Assembly: GCA_046076045.1 (NCBI GenBank)
Contig: JBJTRI010000083.1
Location: forward strand, 1-61,742
Source: a bacterium
GTDB lineage: Bacteria > Eisenbacteria > RBG-16-71-46
DNA: 61,742 bases
Reading direction: 5' to 3'
Shown: positions 11,192-19,874 of the stretch, piece by piece
Numbering within the stretch: the first letter of the stretch is position 1
Layout of the letters: each line of letters starts with the position of its first letter
The notes under the pieces: model-generated
Database searches by the model: none
What the model was told of the DNA's origin: nothing
Seen by the model: the letters and a program-made list of their open reading frames with translations, nothing else
Translations under genes and position numbers: made by a program

Positions 11192-12418
11192 GTGAGCGAG
11201 ACCCCGGAGCGCGCCGCGCCCGCCCCCGACCGCATCGCGGGCCTGCCGCGCAACGTGTTCGCGCTGGGGATCACGTCGTTCCTCACCGACGTCTCGAGCG
11301 AGATGCTGGTGCCGGTGATGCCGCTCTTCGTCACCGCCACGCTCGGCGCCTCCATGGCGAGCCTGGGGTTGCTCGAGGGCTTCGCCGAGGCGACCGCGTC
11401 GTTGCTGCGACTCGTCTCGGGCCGCATCGCCGACACGCCCGAACGCCGCAAACCGCTCGTGCTCGCGGGCTACTCGCTCTCGACGCTGTGCAAGCCGCTC
11501 ATGGGTCTGGTGGCGACGTGGCCGGCGCTGCTCGCGCTGCGCTTCGGGGATCGCGTGGGCAAGGCGATGCGCAACCCGCCGCGCGACGCGCTGCTCGCCG
11601 ACTCCGTGCCCGATGCCGAGGTCGGCATGGCGTTCGGCGTGCACCGCGCCATGGACACGTTCGGCGCCGCACTCGGGCCGCTGCTCGCGTGGTGGCTGCT
11701 CGCGCACTGGGAGTCGGCGGGCAGCGAGGCCTACCGCCGCATCTTCCTGGTCTCGGCCGTACCCGCCGTGCTCGCGGTCGTGGCGCTGTGGTTCCTCGTG
11801 CGCCCGCCCGCACCGCGCGCCGTGACCTCGCGTCCGGCCGCCGACCGCACCCCGCTCGGGAGCGGGTTCCGGCGGTTCGTGATCGCCGACGTGCTGTTCC
11901 AGCTCGGCAACTCCAGCATGGCGTTCCTGCTGCTGCGCGCGGGCGGCGTCGGGTTCGGGGTCGGCGAGGTGGCGCTGATCTATCTCGGCTACAACCTGCT
12001 CGCGGCCGCGCTCGCCACGCCGTTCGGCGGGCTCTCCGACCGCATCGGTCGCCGCCCGTTGCTGCTCACCGGCTATGCGCTGTACGCCGTGGCGTACGGG
12101 GTGGCGGCGTTCGTGCCGTCGCGCACGGGCGCGCTGGTCGCGTTCGCGCTGCTCGCGGTGCACATCGCGCTGGTGGACGGGCAGGCGCGCAGCCTCGTCG
12201 CCGACCTCGTGCCCCGCACGCGCCGCGCTGGCGCGTACGGCGCGTACCACGCTGCCGTGGGCTGCGCGCTGCTGCCCGCCAGCGTCATCGCGGGCCTGCT
12301 GTGGCAGCACGTCGGGCCCGCGGCCCCGTTCGCGTTCGGTGCGACCTGCGCGGTGGTCGCCGCGTTCGTGTTCGGTCTGCTGCGCCTCGCGCCCGCAGGG
12401 TCGGAACGCCATGCCTGA
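11192..12418 (+). CDS. MFS transporter
   Basis: SFLTDVSSEM, G.IAD...RRKPL, DRVGKAMRNPPRDALLA, GLSDRIGRR; ~12 TM; GAGGAG RBS before GTG 11192. Confidence 0.9.
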   Translation: MSETPERAAPAPDRIAGLPRNVFALGITSFLTDVSSEMLVPVMPLFVTATLGASMASLGLLEGFAEATASLLRLVSGRIADTPERRKPLVLAGYSLSTLCKPLMGLVATWPALLALRFGDRVGKAMRNPPRDALLADSVPDAEVGMAFGVHRAMDTFGAALGPLLAWWLLAHWESAGSEAYRRIFLVSAVPAVLAVVALWFLVRPPAPRAVTSRPAADRTPLGSGFRRFVIADVLFQLGNSSMAFLLLRAGGVGFGVGEVALIYLGYNLLAAALATPFGGLSDRIGRRPLLLTGYALYAVAYGVAAFVPSRTGALVAFALLAVHIALVDGQARSLVADLVPRTRRAGAYGAYHAAVGCALLPASVIAGLLWQHVGPAAPFAFGATCAVVAAFVFGLLRLAPAGSERHA

Positions 12419-13451
12419 CCCGGTCGGCGAGTTCGAGCGCATCCGCGCCATCGTCGCCGCGCTGCCGGCGGGCGACGGCGTGGTGGTGGGCCCCGGCGAC
12501 GACGCCGCGGTGCTGCGCCCCACGCCGGGCCACGACCTCGTGGTGACCACCGACACGTTCGTCGAGGGGCGTCATCTCCGACGCGAGTTGTGCTCGCCGA
12601 CCGAGGCGGGCTCGCGCTTCGCGGCCGCGAACCTGTCGGACCTCGCGGCCATGGGTGCGCGACCGCGCTGGGCGGTGCTCGCGCTCGTGCTGCCGGCGTC
12701 GTGGACCCCGGCGGCCGCCGCGGCGTTCGAGCATGCGTGCGCGCACGCGCTCGCGGCCGACGGGGCCGCGATCGTGGGCGGCAACCTGTCCTCGGGTGAC
12801 ACGTTCTCGGCCACGCTCACGCTGTTCGGCGAGTGCGCGCGCGACGCGGCGTGGCGGCGTTCGGGTGCGCGGGACGGCGACGTGCTCGCGGTCACGGGTT
12901 CGCCGGGCGGTGCCGGGGCGTTCGTGGCGCTGGCGCTGTGGGGCTCGCCGCCGTCGCGCGAGCACGTGCCCGCTGCGCTCGTCGAGCGCTTCGTGTCGCC
13001 ACCGTCGCGCGTGGCGTTCGCGCAAGCGTTGGCCCCGCTCGGTGCGGTGCGGGCCGCGATCGACGTGAGCGACGGGCTGGTGGCCGACCTCGCGCACCTG
13101 ACCGAGGCCAGTGGCGTGGGCGCAGTGCTCGCCGCGGACGCGCTGCCGGCCGATGACGCGCTGCGCGAGGCGGCCCGCCGGTTGTCGGCGTTCGCGGGCC
13201 AGGAGCGCGGGCCCCTGCCCGCGGGCGAGGCGGGCTTCCTGCGCCACCTCGTGACCGGGCCGAGCGACGACTACGAACTGCTGCTCGCGCTCGACCCGGC
13301 GCGAGTCGAGGAGGTGCGAGCGATCGCCACCGCGCACGGTGTGCCGCTGCACGTCATCGGGCGCCTGGTCGCGGGGAGCGGCGTCGCGCTGGACGGCGGT
13401 CGCGGCCCCGAGCCCCTCGTGGCGCGCGGGTGGGACCACTTCGCGTCCTGA
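12411..13451 (+). CDS. thiL: Thiamine-monophosphate kinase ThiL
   Basis: GEFERI, GPGDDAAV, NLSDLAAMGA, AIDVSDGL, DDYELL, C-terminal GWDHF. Confidence 0.95.
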   Translation: MPDPVGEFERIRAIVAALPAGDGVVVGPGDDAAVLRPTPGHDLVVTTDTFVEGRHLRRELCSPTEAGSRFAAANLSDLAAMGARPRWAVLALVLPASWTPAAAAAFEHACAHALAADGAAIVGGNLSSGDTFSATLTLFGECARDAAWRRSGARDGDVLAVTGSPGGAGAFVALALWGSPPSREHVPAALVERFVSPPSRVAFAQALAPLGAVRAAIDVSDGLVADLAHLTEASGVGAVLAADALPADDALREAARRLSAFAGQERGPLPAGEAGFLRHLVTGPSDDYELLLALDPARVEEVRAIATAHGVPLHVIGRLVAGSGVALDGGRGPEPLVARGWDHFAS

Positions 13452-13544
13452 AGCTGCACGGCGTTCGTTACGCGTGAACCGTCTGCGCCACAAGTCGTTG
13501 TTCGTTGTGACGCGCACCCGGCTTCCACTATCCTCCTACGCACC

Positions 13545-14513
13545 ATGACCCTCTCGACCCCGATCACCCGTCTCGCGAGCGCACTGCTGTCGCTCGTCCT
13601 GTTCGCAGGTTGCTCCGACCTCGGCGCTCCCGTCGCCCCCCGCATCGTGCTGTCCGAGTCCGCGCTCGCGTTCGGGGCCACGGTCGTGGGCGGCTCGGTG
13701 GTGCGCACCCTCTCGGTCTCGAACACCGGTACCGGCAGGCTGCGAGGCGATGCCGCTCTCGAGTCGTGCGACGGGTTCGCCATCACGGCCGGCGGGGGCG
13801 CGTTCGACGTGCCGCCCGGCGGCCGTCACGACATCGAGGTCACCTTCACCGCGCCCGTGATCGGCGACGTGTCGTGCGAGCTCGCACTCGGTGCCGGTCT
13901 GCCGCGCGTGCCGCTCACCGGTACCGGCCTGCAGCAGGCCACCGGTGCGGTGTGCGCGGTGTCGGTGTCGTCACTCGACTTCGGTTCGCTCCCGGTCGGG
14001 ACCAGCCGGCTGCTCGTGTTCCGCGCGCGCAGCGTGGGCACCGCTCCGGTCAACCTCGACGTCCTCTCGAGCTGTCCGTCGTTCGCGGTGTTGAGCGGCG
14101 CCGGGCCGCGCACGCTCGCGCCCGGGGACTCGGTCACGGTGACCGTGGAGTTCCGCCCGACCACGGGTGGCCTGCAGCAGTGCACGATCGCGACCGGTCC
14201 GGGCTGCCCGGTCGTCTCGGTGCTCGGCGTCGGAACCACGGTGTCGTTCGCCACCACCCTGCGGCCCATGCTGCAGGCGCGCGGGTGCACGGGTTGCCAC
14301 GGCTACTCGAGCACGGCGCAGTTGGTGAACGTCCCGAGCGGTGCCGGGGCCCCGCTCATCAAGCCGTTCGATCCGAACGGCTCCGTCCTCTACGCCCGCA
14401 TCGCCAATCTCGGCACGCTCGGTCGCGCCATGCCGCCTGGCACGACCGGACTCAACGCCGCCGAGCGTCAGGCCTGGCGCGACTGGATCCTCGAGGGCGC
14501 GCAGAACAACTGA
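13545..14513 (+). CDS. Lipoprotein with two Ig-like (ASH/choice-of-anchor-D-type) domains and a C-terminal monoheme cytochrome c (planctomycete-cytochrome-like)
   Basis: Lipobox LFAGC; repeats LAFGAT.VG...SNTGTG and LDFGSLPVG...VEFRP; VSF...RPML...CTGCH...P.DP.GS.LY.RI...MPP...W..WI.EGA. Confidence 0.8.
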   Translation: MTLSTPITRLASALLSLVLFAGCSDLGAPVAPRIVLSESALAFGATVVGGSVVRTLSVSNTGTGRLRGDAALESCDGFAITAGGGAFDVPPGGRHDIEVTFTAPVIGDVSCELALGAGLPRVPLTGTGLQQATGAVCAVSVSSLDFGSLPVGTSRLLVFRARSVGTAPVNLDVLSSCPSFAVLSGAGPRTLAPGDSVTVTVEFRPTTGGLQQCTIATGPGCPVVSVLGVGTTVSFATTLRPMLQARGCTGCHGYSSTAQLVNVPSGAGAPLIKPFDPNGSVLYARIANLGTLGRAMPPGTTGLNAAERQAWRDWILEGAQNN

Positions 14514-14596
14514 TCGTCTCGGGTTCGCGGCGTGCGAACCGTCGCTCCCGTCCCGCGGTCGGTCGTGACCGCGCATTCTTCACCGGAGACCGTCCC

Positions 14597-15718
14597 ATGT
14601 CCCGTCCGCTTCCCGTCCGCCTCCTGGCCCCGGCGCTCGTCGTCGCGGTGTCCTGCCTCGTCGTCGCGGTCGCGACCGCAGTGCCGCGCTACTCGGCGCG
14701 CGCCGAGCAGGACTGCAAGCTGTGCCACGTCTCGCCCGGCGGTGGCGGCATGCGCACGGCGTACGCGGTCGAGGAGTTGATCCCGAAGGAGCTGGCGATG
14801 TCGGCGCACCGCCCCGAGGCGTTGGTGGGGCTCGAGACGCGACTCAACAAGGTCGTGCGCGTGGGCGCGGACTTCCGTCAGCAGTTCATGCTCGAGGACG
14901 AGACCGCGCCAGCGGCGGCCGTGCAGGGGTTCTTCCCCATGCAGGGCGACCTGCACCTGTCGTTCCAGCTCGACCCGCGCCACCTGTTGTTCTACCGCCG
15001 CGGCACCACGAGCCTGCAGGAGTTCGGCTGGCAGGGGCAGGTGCTGCCGTATGACGGCCACGTGCGCGCCGGCCGGTTCGTGCCGTCTTACGGCTGGCGC
15101 TTCGACGACCACACCATGTACGTGCGCGACGACCTCGGTTTCGCGCCGCCCGCCAACTCCGATGCCGGCGTCGAGGTGGGCTTCTCGCCCAAGCACGGCG
15201 ACCTGCGCGTGTCGCTGGTCAACGGCAACCGCGGCGGCCTGCTCGACAACGATCGCCGTTTGGTGGTGGCGGCCACGGGCGGCTTCCGGTTCCGCTTCGG
15301 GTCGGCCGCGGCCTACGTGGGCGCGCAGGGTTGGAGCCAGCCGGGCCTGAACGAGGACTTCACCATGGCCGGCGTGCACGGCTCGGTCGCGCTCGGCAAG
15401 TTCACGTGGGTGGGCCAGTACGATCGCACGCGCCGCGACCCGGTGGTGGGTCGCGACCTCGAGACCACGGTGTCGTCGCACGAGTTCAGCGTCGAGCTCG
15501 AGCGCGGCGTGGAACTGCTCGGCACGTTCGACTGGTACGACCCCGACCGCGACCTCGCGAGCGGGTACCGTCAGCGCTGGGGCGCGGGTGCGCAGCTCAT
15601 GCCGCTGCCGTTCATGAGCGTGCGCGCCATGCTGCGCCGCACCGACGTGCATGCGGGTCCCGCGCTCGGCGGACAGGACGGCTCCGAGGCGCTGTTGCAG
15701 CTCCACCTGCTCTACTGA
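14597..15718 (+). CDS. Outer-membrane beta-barrel with an N-terminal monoheme CxxCH (Cyc2-like cytochrome-porin fusion)
   Basis: Signal peptide, then PRYSARAEQDCKLCH; remainder shows amphipathic beta-strand patterning and ends in an aromatic residue (LLQLHLLY). Confidence 0.75.
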   Translation: MSRPLPVRLLAPALVVAVSCLVVAVATAVPRYSARAEQDCKLCHVSPGGGGMRTAYAVEELIPKELAMSAHRPEALVGLETRLNKVVRVGADFRQQFMLEDETAPAAAVQGFFPMQGDLHLSFQLDPRHLLFYRRGTTSLQEFGWQGQVLPYDGHVRAGRFVPSYGWRFDDHTMYVRDDLGFAPPANSDAGVEVGFSPKHGDLRVSLVNGNRGGLLDNDRRLVVAATGGFRFRFGSAAAYVGAQGWSQPGLNEDFTMAGVHGSVALGKFTWVGQYDRTRRDPVVGRDLETTVSSHEFSVELERGVELLGTFDWYDPDRDLASGYRQRWGAGAQLMPLPFMSVRAMLRRTDVHAGPALGGQDGSEALLQLHLLY

Positions 15719-15735
15719 TCGTCCGGGGGTCCGCC

Positions 15736-16329
15736 ATGCGTCCGCTCGCCACGCTCGTCGTCCTGCTCGCCCTCGTCGCGCCGGCGCAGGCCGCGACCTT
15801 CGCCGTGAAGCGCGGCGGCGAGACGCGCGTGGTGTTCGTGTCGAAGGCGCCGACCGAGTCGTTCGAGGGTCGCACCGATCGCATGGACGGCACGCTGGTG
15901 CTCGACCCCGATGCGCTCGGCGACAGCCTCACCGTGCGCCTCGAGGTGGAGATGGCCGGGCTCTCGACCGGCAGCCGTCTGCGCGATCGCCACATGCACG
16001 AGCGTCACCTCGAGACCGCGAAGTACCCCAAGGCGGTGTTCGAGGGCGCGACCGTGTTGTCGCCCGCGGGCGCGAGCCTGGTGCCGGGCCGCACGACCGC
16101 GTTGCGGCTCGCGGGCACGTTCACGCTGCACGGCGTCAGCCGACGACTGGTGTGCGACGCCCAGGCCACGCTCACCCGCGACGCGGCGGGCGAACGCATC
16201 GCGTTCGTGGTCGCGTTCCCGGTGACGCTCGCGGACCACGCCATCTCGCGGCCCGAGATGCTGTTCCTCAAGCTCGCCGAGACGCAGCAGGTGCGCGTCA
16301 GCGCGATCGCTTCGTCGTCGCGCCCTTGA
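15736..16329 (+). CDS. YceI-family periplasmic lipid/polyisoprenoid-binding protein
   Basis: Signal peptide; LSTG..LRDRHM...LETAKYP...F and GTFTLHGVSR motifs. Confidence 0.9.
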   Translation: MRPLATLVVLLALVAPAQAATFAVKRGGETRVVFVSKAPTESFEGRTDRMDGTLVLDPDALGDSLTVRLEVEMAGLSTGSRLRDRHMHERHLETAKYPKAVFEGATVLSPAGASLVPGRTTALRLAGTFTLHGVSRRLVCDAQATLTRDAAGERIAFVVAFPVTLADHAISRPEMLFLKLAETQQVRVSAIASSSRP

Positions 16330-17065
16330 CCGGCGCGGCCGCACGGGCCGCCTTCGGTCGCGTGGAGGGGGCGGCGGTCCGTCGGCTCGCACTCACGACG
16401 ACGCCCACCTTGGAGCGCTGACGCGGGGTCGTCGCACCCTTCTTGGTGGCGCGGGCAGCGACGGTGCGCTTCGCGGTCGCTACGGGAGCGGCAGTTGCCG
16501 ACACGCGCTTCACGAGCTCGCCGATGACGCGGTTGTCGTCGAGTCCGCCGAGCTTGCCGAACCGGCGCTCCGACTCCACGAGCCACGCGCGCCGCGCGGC
16601 ACCGCCCACGGACTCGATCGCCTCGCCCTTGGGTCCGGTGATGCGGTGGCAGGGCGCGACGATGGCGATGGGGTTGTGCGCGAGCGCCTCGGCGATCGCG
16701 GCCGTGTCGCGCGGTCGGCCGAGCGCGCGTGCCAGGTCGGCGAGGGTGCGCGTGGTGCCGTACGGCGTGCGGGCCAGCTCGAGCACGAGTGCGCGCGCGG
16801 CGTCGTCCCCGGGCGGGTCGAGCGGCCAGTCGAGCGCGCGGCGCGTGCCGTGGAACCACTCGGTCAACTGGTCGGCGAGCGGCCGCAGGTCGTGCAGCGA
16901 CATCTCCCACACCGAGCCCGGTGCGGCGGCTGCGTGCGTGGCGATGGTGCGCTTGAGGCTGCGGCGATCCATGTACTCGACGTGCCGCAGACCCTGGTCG
17001 GTCGCAGCGAGGAACAGCAGGCCCAGCGGCGCGGGCGCCGACATGACGTGGTAACGGATGCGCAT
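16298..17065 (-). CDS. O6-methylguanine-DNA methyltransferase family protein (Ogt-like, divergent) with basic C-terminal tail
   Basis: PLGLLFLAATDQGL, PYGTTR, NPIAIVAPCHR; Lys/Arg/Ala-rich tail; overlaps the yceI 3' end by 32 bp. Confidence 0.85.
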   Translation of the reverse strand: MRIRYHVMSAPAPLGLLFLAATDQGLRHVEYMDRRSLKRTIATHAAAAPGSVWEMSLHDLRPLADQLTEWFHGTRRALDWPLDPPGDDAARALVLELARTPYGTTRTLADLARALGRPRDTAAIAEALAHNPIAIVAPCHRITGPKGEAIESVGGAARRAWLVESERRFGKLGGLDDNRVIGELVKRVSATAAPVATAKRTVAARATKKGATTPRQRSKVGVVVSASRRTAAPSTRPKAARAAAPVKGATTKRSR

Positions 17066-17103
17066 GGCGACGAGTCTCGCCCCGACCCTCGCAGGGGTCA
17101 AGG

Positions 17104-17787
17104 TCACCGCGCGGGCGGGCCCCAGCGCGGCCACAGCGCCCCGGTGCGGGACGCGTACGCGGTCCACGCCTCGCCGAAGCGGCCGGCGAGCAGCGTCTCC
17201 TCGCGCCGGATGCGCGCGACCTGCACCGCGAGCATGACCGCCACCCACGGCAGCGCGACCGCGCTCCCGAACGCGACCGCGGTCCCGAGACTGGCGGCGA
17301 TCGCCCCCAGGTAGCCGGGATGACGCACATGCGCGTACCAACCGCGCGTCTCGAGCGTGTGGTCCTGTTGCAGCGCGACGAGCGGCGAGAAGCGTGCGCC
17401 CAACTGCCGCATGGCCGCGACGCGCAGCGAGAGCCCGAGCACCGCCACGCCCACGCCCACCCAGCCCACGACCTGCGGCGCGGGCAGCGACCACGTGCCC
17501 GTGCGCCCACCCCACGCCGCGAGCGCGGGGATGGCGAGCGGCAGCAGGGCGAGTGCGGCCATGGCGAGCGCGTCGGGGCGCGAGTGCTCGACGCGCTGCC
17601 CGCGCACCGGGCGCGTCGCGTTGAGCGCGAGGCCGATGCCGAGCCACAGTGCGAGCAATGCGAGCGCGCGGGGCTCGGCGAGCATGGCGTTCACGCCCCC
17701 GCAACCCCACGCCAGCAGCGCCGCCTCGACGACGGTGGCCAGCGCGGCGCGCAGGGTCGCGATCGCGAAGCGGGGGAGGGCCGACAT
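17104..17787 (-). CDS. Isoprenylcysteine carboxyl methyltransferase (ICMT/Ste14/PEMT)-family membrane protein
   Basis: QLGARFS...H.L.T.GWY..VRHPGY, RI.REE..L...FG.AW..Y..RT. Confidence 0.88.
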   Translation of the reverse strand: MSALPRFAIATLRAALATVVEAALLAWGCGGVNAMLAEPRALALLALWLGIGLALNATRPVRGQRVEHSRPDALAMAALALLPLAIPALAAWGGRTGTWSLPAPQVVGWVGVGVAVLGLSLRVAAMRQLGARFSPLVALQQDHTLETRGWYAHVRHPGYLGAIAASLGTAVAFGSAVALPWVAVMLAVQVARIRREETLLAGRFGEAWTAYASRTGALWPRWGPPAR

Positions 17788-17888
17788 GGGCGCGAGCCTA
17801 GCATGCGGGCCCGCACGTGCGCCGCGCGGGTCCGCTGTCCTATGCTGCGCGGCGTTGGCCCACGTCCCGTCCCGTCCCGGAGGTCGCC

Positions 17889-18482
17889 ATGTTCGACGCG
17901 CTCGGTCCGTTCCACCCGCAGATCGTCCACACGCCCATCGCGCTGCTCATCTTCAGCGCGCTGTTCGCGATCCTCGGTCGCCTGCTCGACCGCGACTGGT
18001 TGCGCAAGACCTCGGTGTTGCTGCTCGCCATCGGTTTCCTCGGGGCGTGGTTCGCGGTGCAGTCGGGGGAGGTCGCCCACCGGGTGCCCGAGCACGACCA
18101 GAACGTGCCCGAGGAGGAGATCGAGGAGCACGAGGAGCTCGGCGAGCGCGCCATGTTCCTGGCAGGTGGCGCACTGGTGGTGATCGGCCTCGCCTCGCGC
18201 CTGTCGGGCACCGCAGCGGTGGCGGTGGGAACGGTGGGCCTGCTGCTGCAGGTCGCGGCCGCCGTGCTGGTCGGGTTCGCGGGTCATGCGGGCGGCGAGC
18301 TGGTGTACGAGTACGGCGCCAACGTGAAGGTGGACGGCGCCTACGTGGTCAATCGCGGTGGCGGTGGGCATGGCGACGAGGGTGGCGCAGCGCCCGACAC
18401 GGTCGCGGCGCACTCGCCCGACGCCGCGCCGACCGATGATCACGGCGGCAAGGGTCGTGGCGGGGATCACGACGGTCACTGA
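17889..18482 (+). CDS. DUF2231-family membrane protein with His/Gly-rich tail
   Basis: HPQIVHTPIAL, about 4 TM, EHEE, GHAGGELVY.YG; GGAGG RBS. Confidence 0.82.
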   Translation: MFDALGPFHPQIVHTPIALLIFSALFAILGRLLDRDWLRKTSVLLLAIGFLGAWFAVQSGEVAHRVPEHDQNVPEEEIEEHEELGERAMFLAGGALVVIGLASRLSGTAAVAVGTVGLLLQVAAAVLVGFAGHAGGELVYEYGANVKVDGAYVVNRGGGGHGDEGGAAPDTVAAHSPDAAPTDDHGGKGRGGDHDGH

Positions 18483-18496
18483 CCCGGCCCTCGACG

Positions 18497-18536
18497 CGAA
18501 CGACCCCGCGGAGCACGTGCTCCGCGGGGTCGTTCG
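18497..18536. terminator. Perfect 40-bp palindrome between convergent genes (bidirectional terminator candidate)
   Basis: CGAACGACCCCGCGGAGCAC|GTGCTCCGCGGGGTCGTTCG, zero spacer. Confidence 0.7.
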
Positions 18537-18548
18537 TCCTTCGTCGCG

Positions 18549-19874
18549 TCAGTCCTCGAACAACAGCGTTCGGCGCGACCAGTCGATCGTCACGCGCTGA
18601 CCGCGCAGCAGACCGGGTCCGAGCAGCGCGTCGCGGCGCACGCCGTGACGCCAGAGCTCGACCGGCTCCATCGCCCCCGACCAGCCCGGCTGCTTGTCGA
18701 ACGCCATCGCCCCGAGCGCGACGGTGGGCACGTTGACCTGCGCCCACGGCCGGCCCTGCAGCCAGGTGCCCGCGCCCTTCACGAGCTTCGAGATGCCGCC
18801 CGGCTTGAGGCCCAGCTCCTCGAACACCACGTCGGGTGCTCCCACGCCGGCCTCGGGTAGTCCGGTCGCGAGCATCATGGCCATGCGGCGGCCGCCGTTG
18901 AGCGAGCCCCACACGGTGAGCTCGTGCTCGCCCCACAACTCGAACGGTACCCGCGTCCCCGTGCGCGCGGCCGCACTCCCGAGCGGCTCCAGCAGGAGTT
19001 CGCGCTTGCGCATGTCGAACGTGACGTCGTGCCCGCGCAGCAACGACAACCCGATCACGCCCACGACCTGCGGGGCCTGCGGGTTCACCTGCAGCGACAA
19101 CTTGCGCAGCGACACCACGCCCGCCGGGACGTCGCTCCAACGCACGCCGCCCAGTTCGAGGCGCGGCGCCATGGCGTTGCGCACCGCGACGCGCGTGCCC
19201 GCCCACGCCGCGAGGCGCTGGCCGGGCAGCGGGCGCACACCGTTCTGCGCGAGCGTGATGGGGTCGAGCAGCAGGCCCGGCGTGCCGGTGTCCACCATCA
19301 TCCACACGAGCGTGCCGTTGAGCCGCACGCGCACGAGCGGCGCGGGCCAGATGCGCTCGAACGCCAGCTTGGCGCGCTCGCCCGTCACCGTGCCGCCGCC
19401 GCCCTGCTCGGCGAGGTGCTCGAGCAGTGGGACGCGGCCCTCGTCGCCCAGGTCGGTCGCGAGCGTCGCCGCCCCGCTCCAGTCGCCGCGCCGCAGGCGG
19501 GTGGCGTACAGGTCGGCACGCGCCTGCTCGGTCTCGCCCGCGAGCACCAACAGGCTCTCGGCGCGCGCGAGGTCGTCGGCCCACAGCGCTAGCTTGCCGA
19601 GCGCGGCGGCGGCGGCGCGATCGCCGGGCGCGAGTGCGGCGGTGCGCTCGAACAGCTTGCGCGCCTCGGGTACGCGGCCCAGTCGCAGCAGCGCGGTGGC
19701 CAGCGTGTCGAGCCGTGCGACGTCGTCGCCGTGGCCCACCGTGTCGCGGGTCGCGTAGCGCAACTGCGCCTGCGCGTCGCGGTAGCTGGCGTCGGGGGCC
19801 AGCCACTCGGCGGCGGCCGGTGCGGCGAGCAGCGTCAGGACGAGTGCGGCGCGGGCCGCGGTCGCGCGGCTCAT
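18549..19874 (-). CDS. Secreted TPR protein with two retropepsin-like (aspartyl protease) domains
   Basis: Signal peptide; TPR-like helices; VRLNG...MMVDTG...GVIGLSLL and second domain LNGG...MMLATG...ALLGPGLL...VTIDW. Confidence 0.8.
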   Translation of the reverse strand: MSRATAARAALVLTLLAAPAAAEWLAPDASYRDAQAQLRYATRDTVGHGDDVARLDTLATALLRLGRVPEARKLFERTAALAPGDRAAAAALGKLALWADDLARAESLLVLAGETEQARADLYATRLRRGDWSGAATLATDLGDEGRVPLLEHLAEQGGGGTVTGERAKLAFERIWPAPLVRVRLNGTLVWMMVDTGTPGLLLDPITLAQNGVRPLPGQRLAAWAGTRVAVRNAMAPRLELGGVRWSDVPAGVVSLRKLSLQVNPQAPQVVGVIGLSLLRGHDVTFDMRKRELLLEPLGSAAARTGTRVPFELWGEHELTVWGSLNGGRRMAMMLATGLPEAGVGAPDVVFEELGLKPGGISKLVKGAGTWLQGRPWAQVNVPTVALGAMAFDKQPGWSGAMEPVELWRHGVRRDALLGPGLLRGQRVTIDWSRRTLLFED

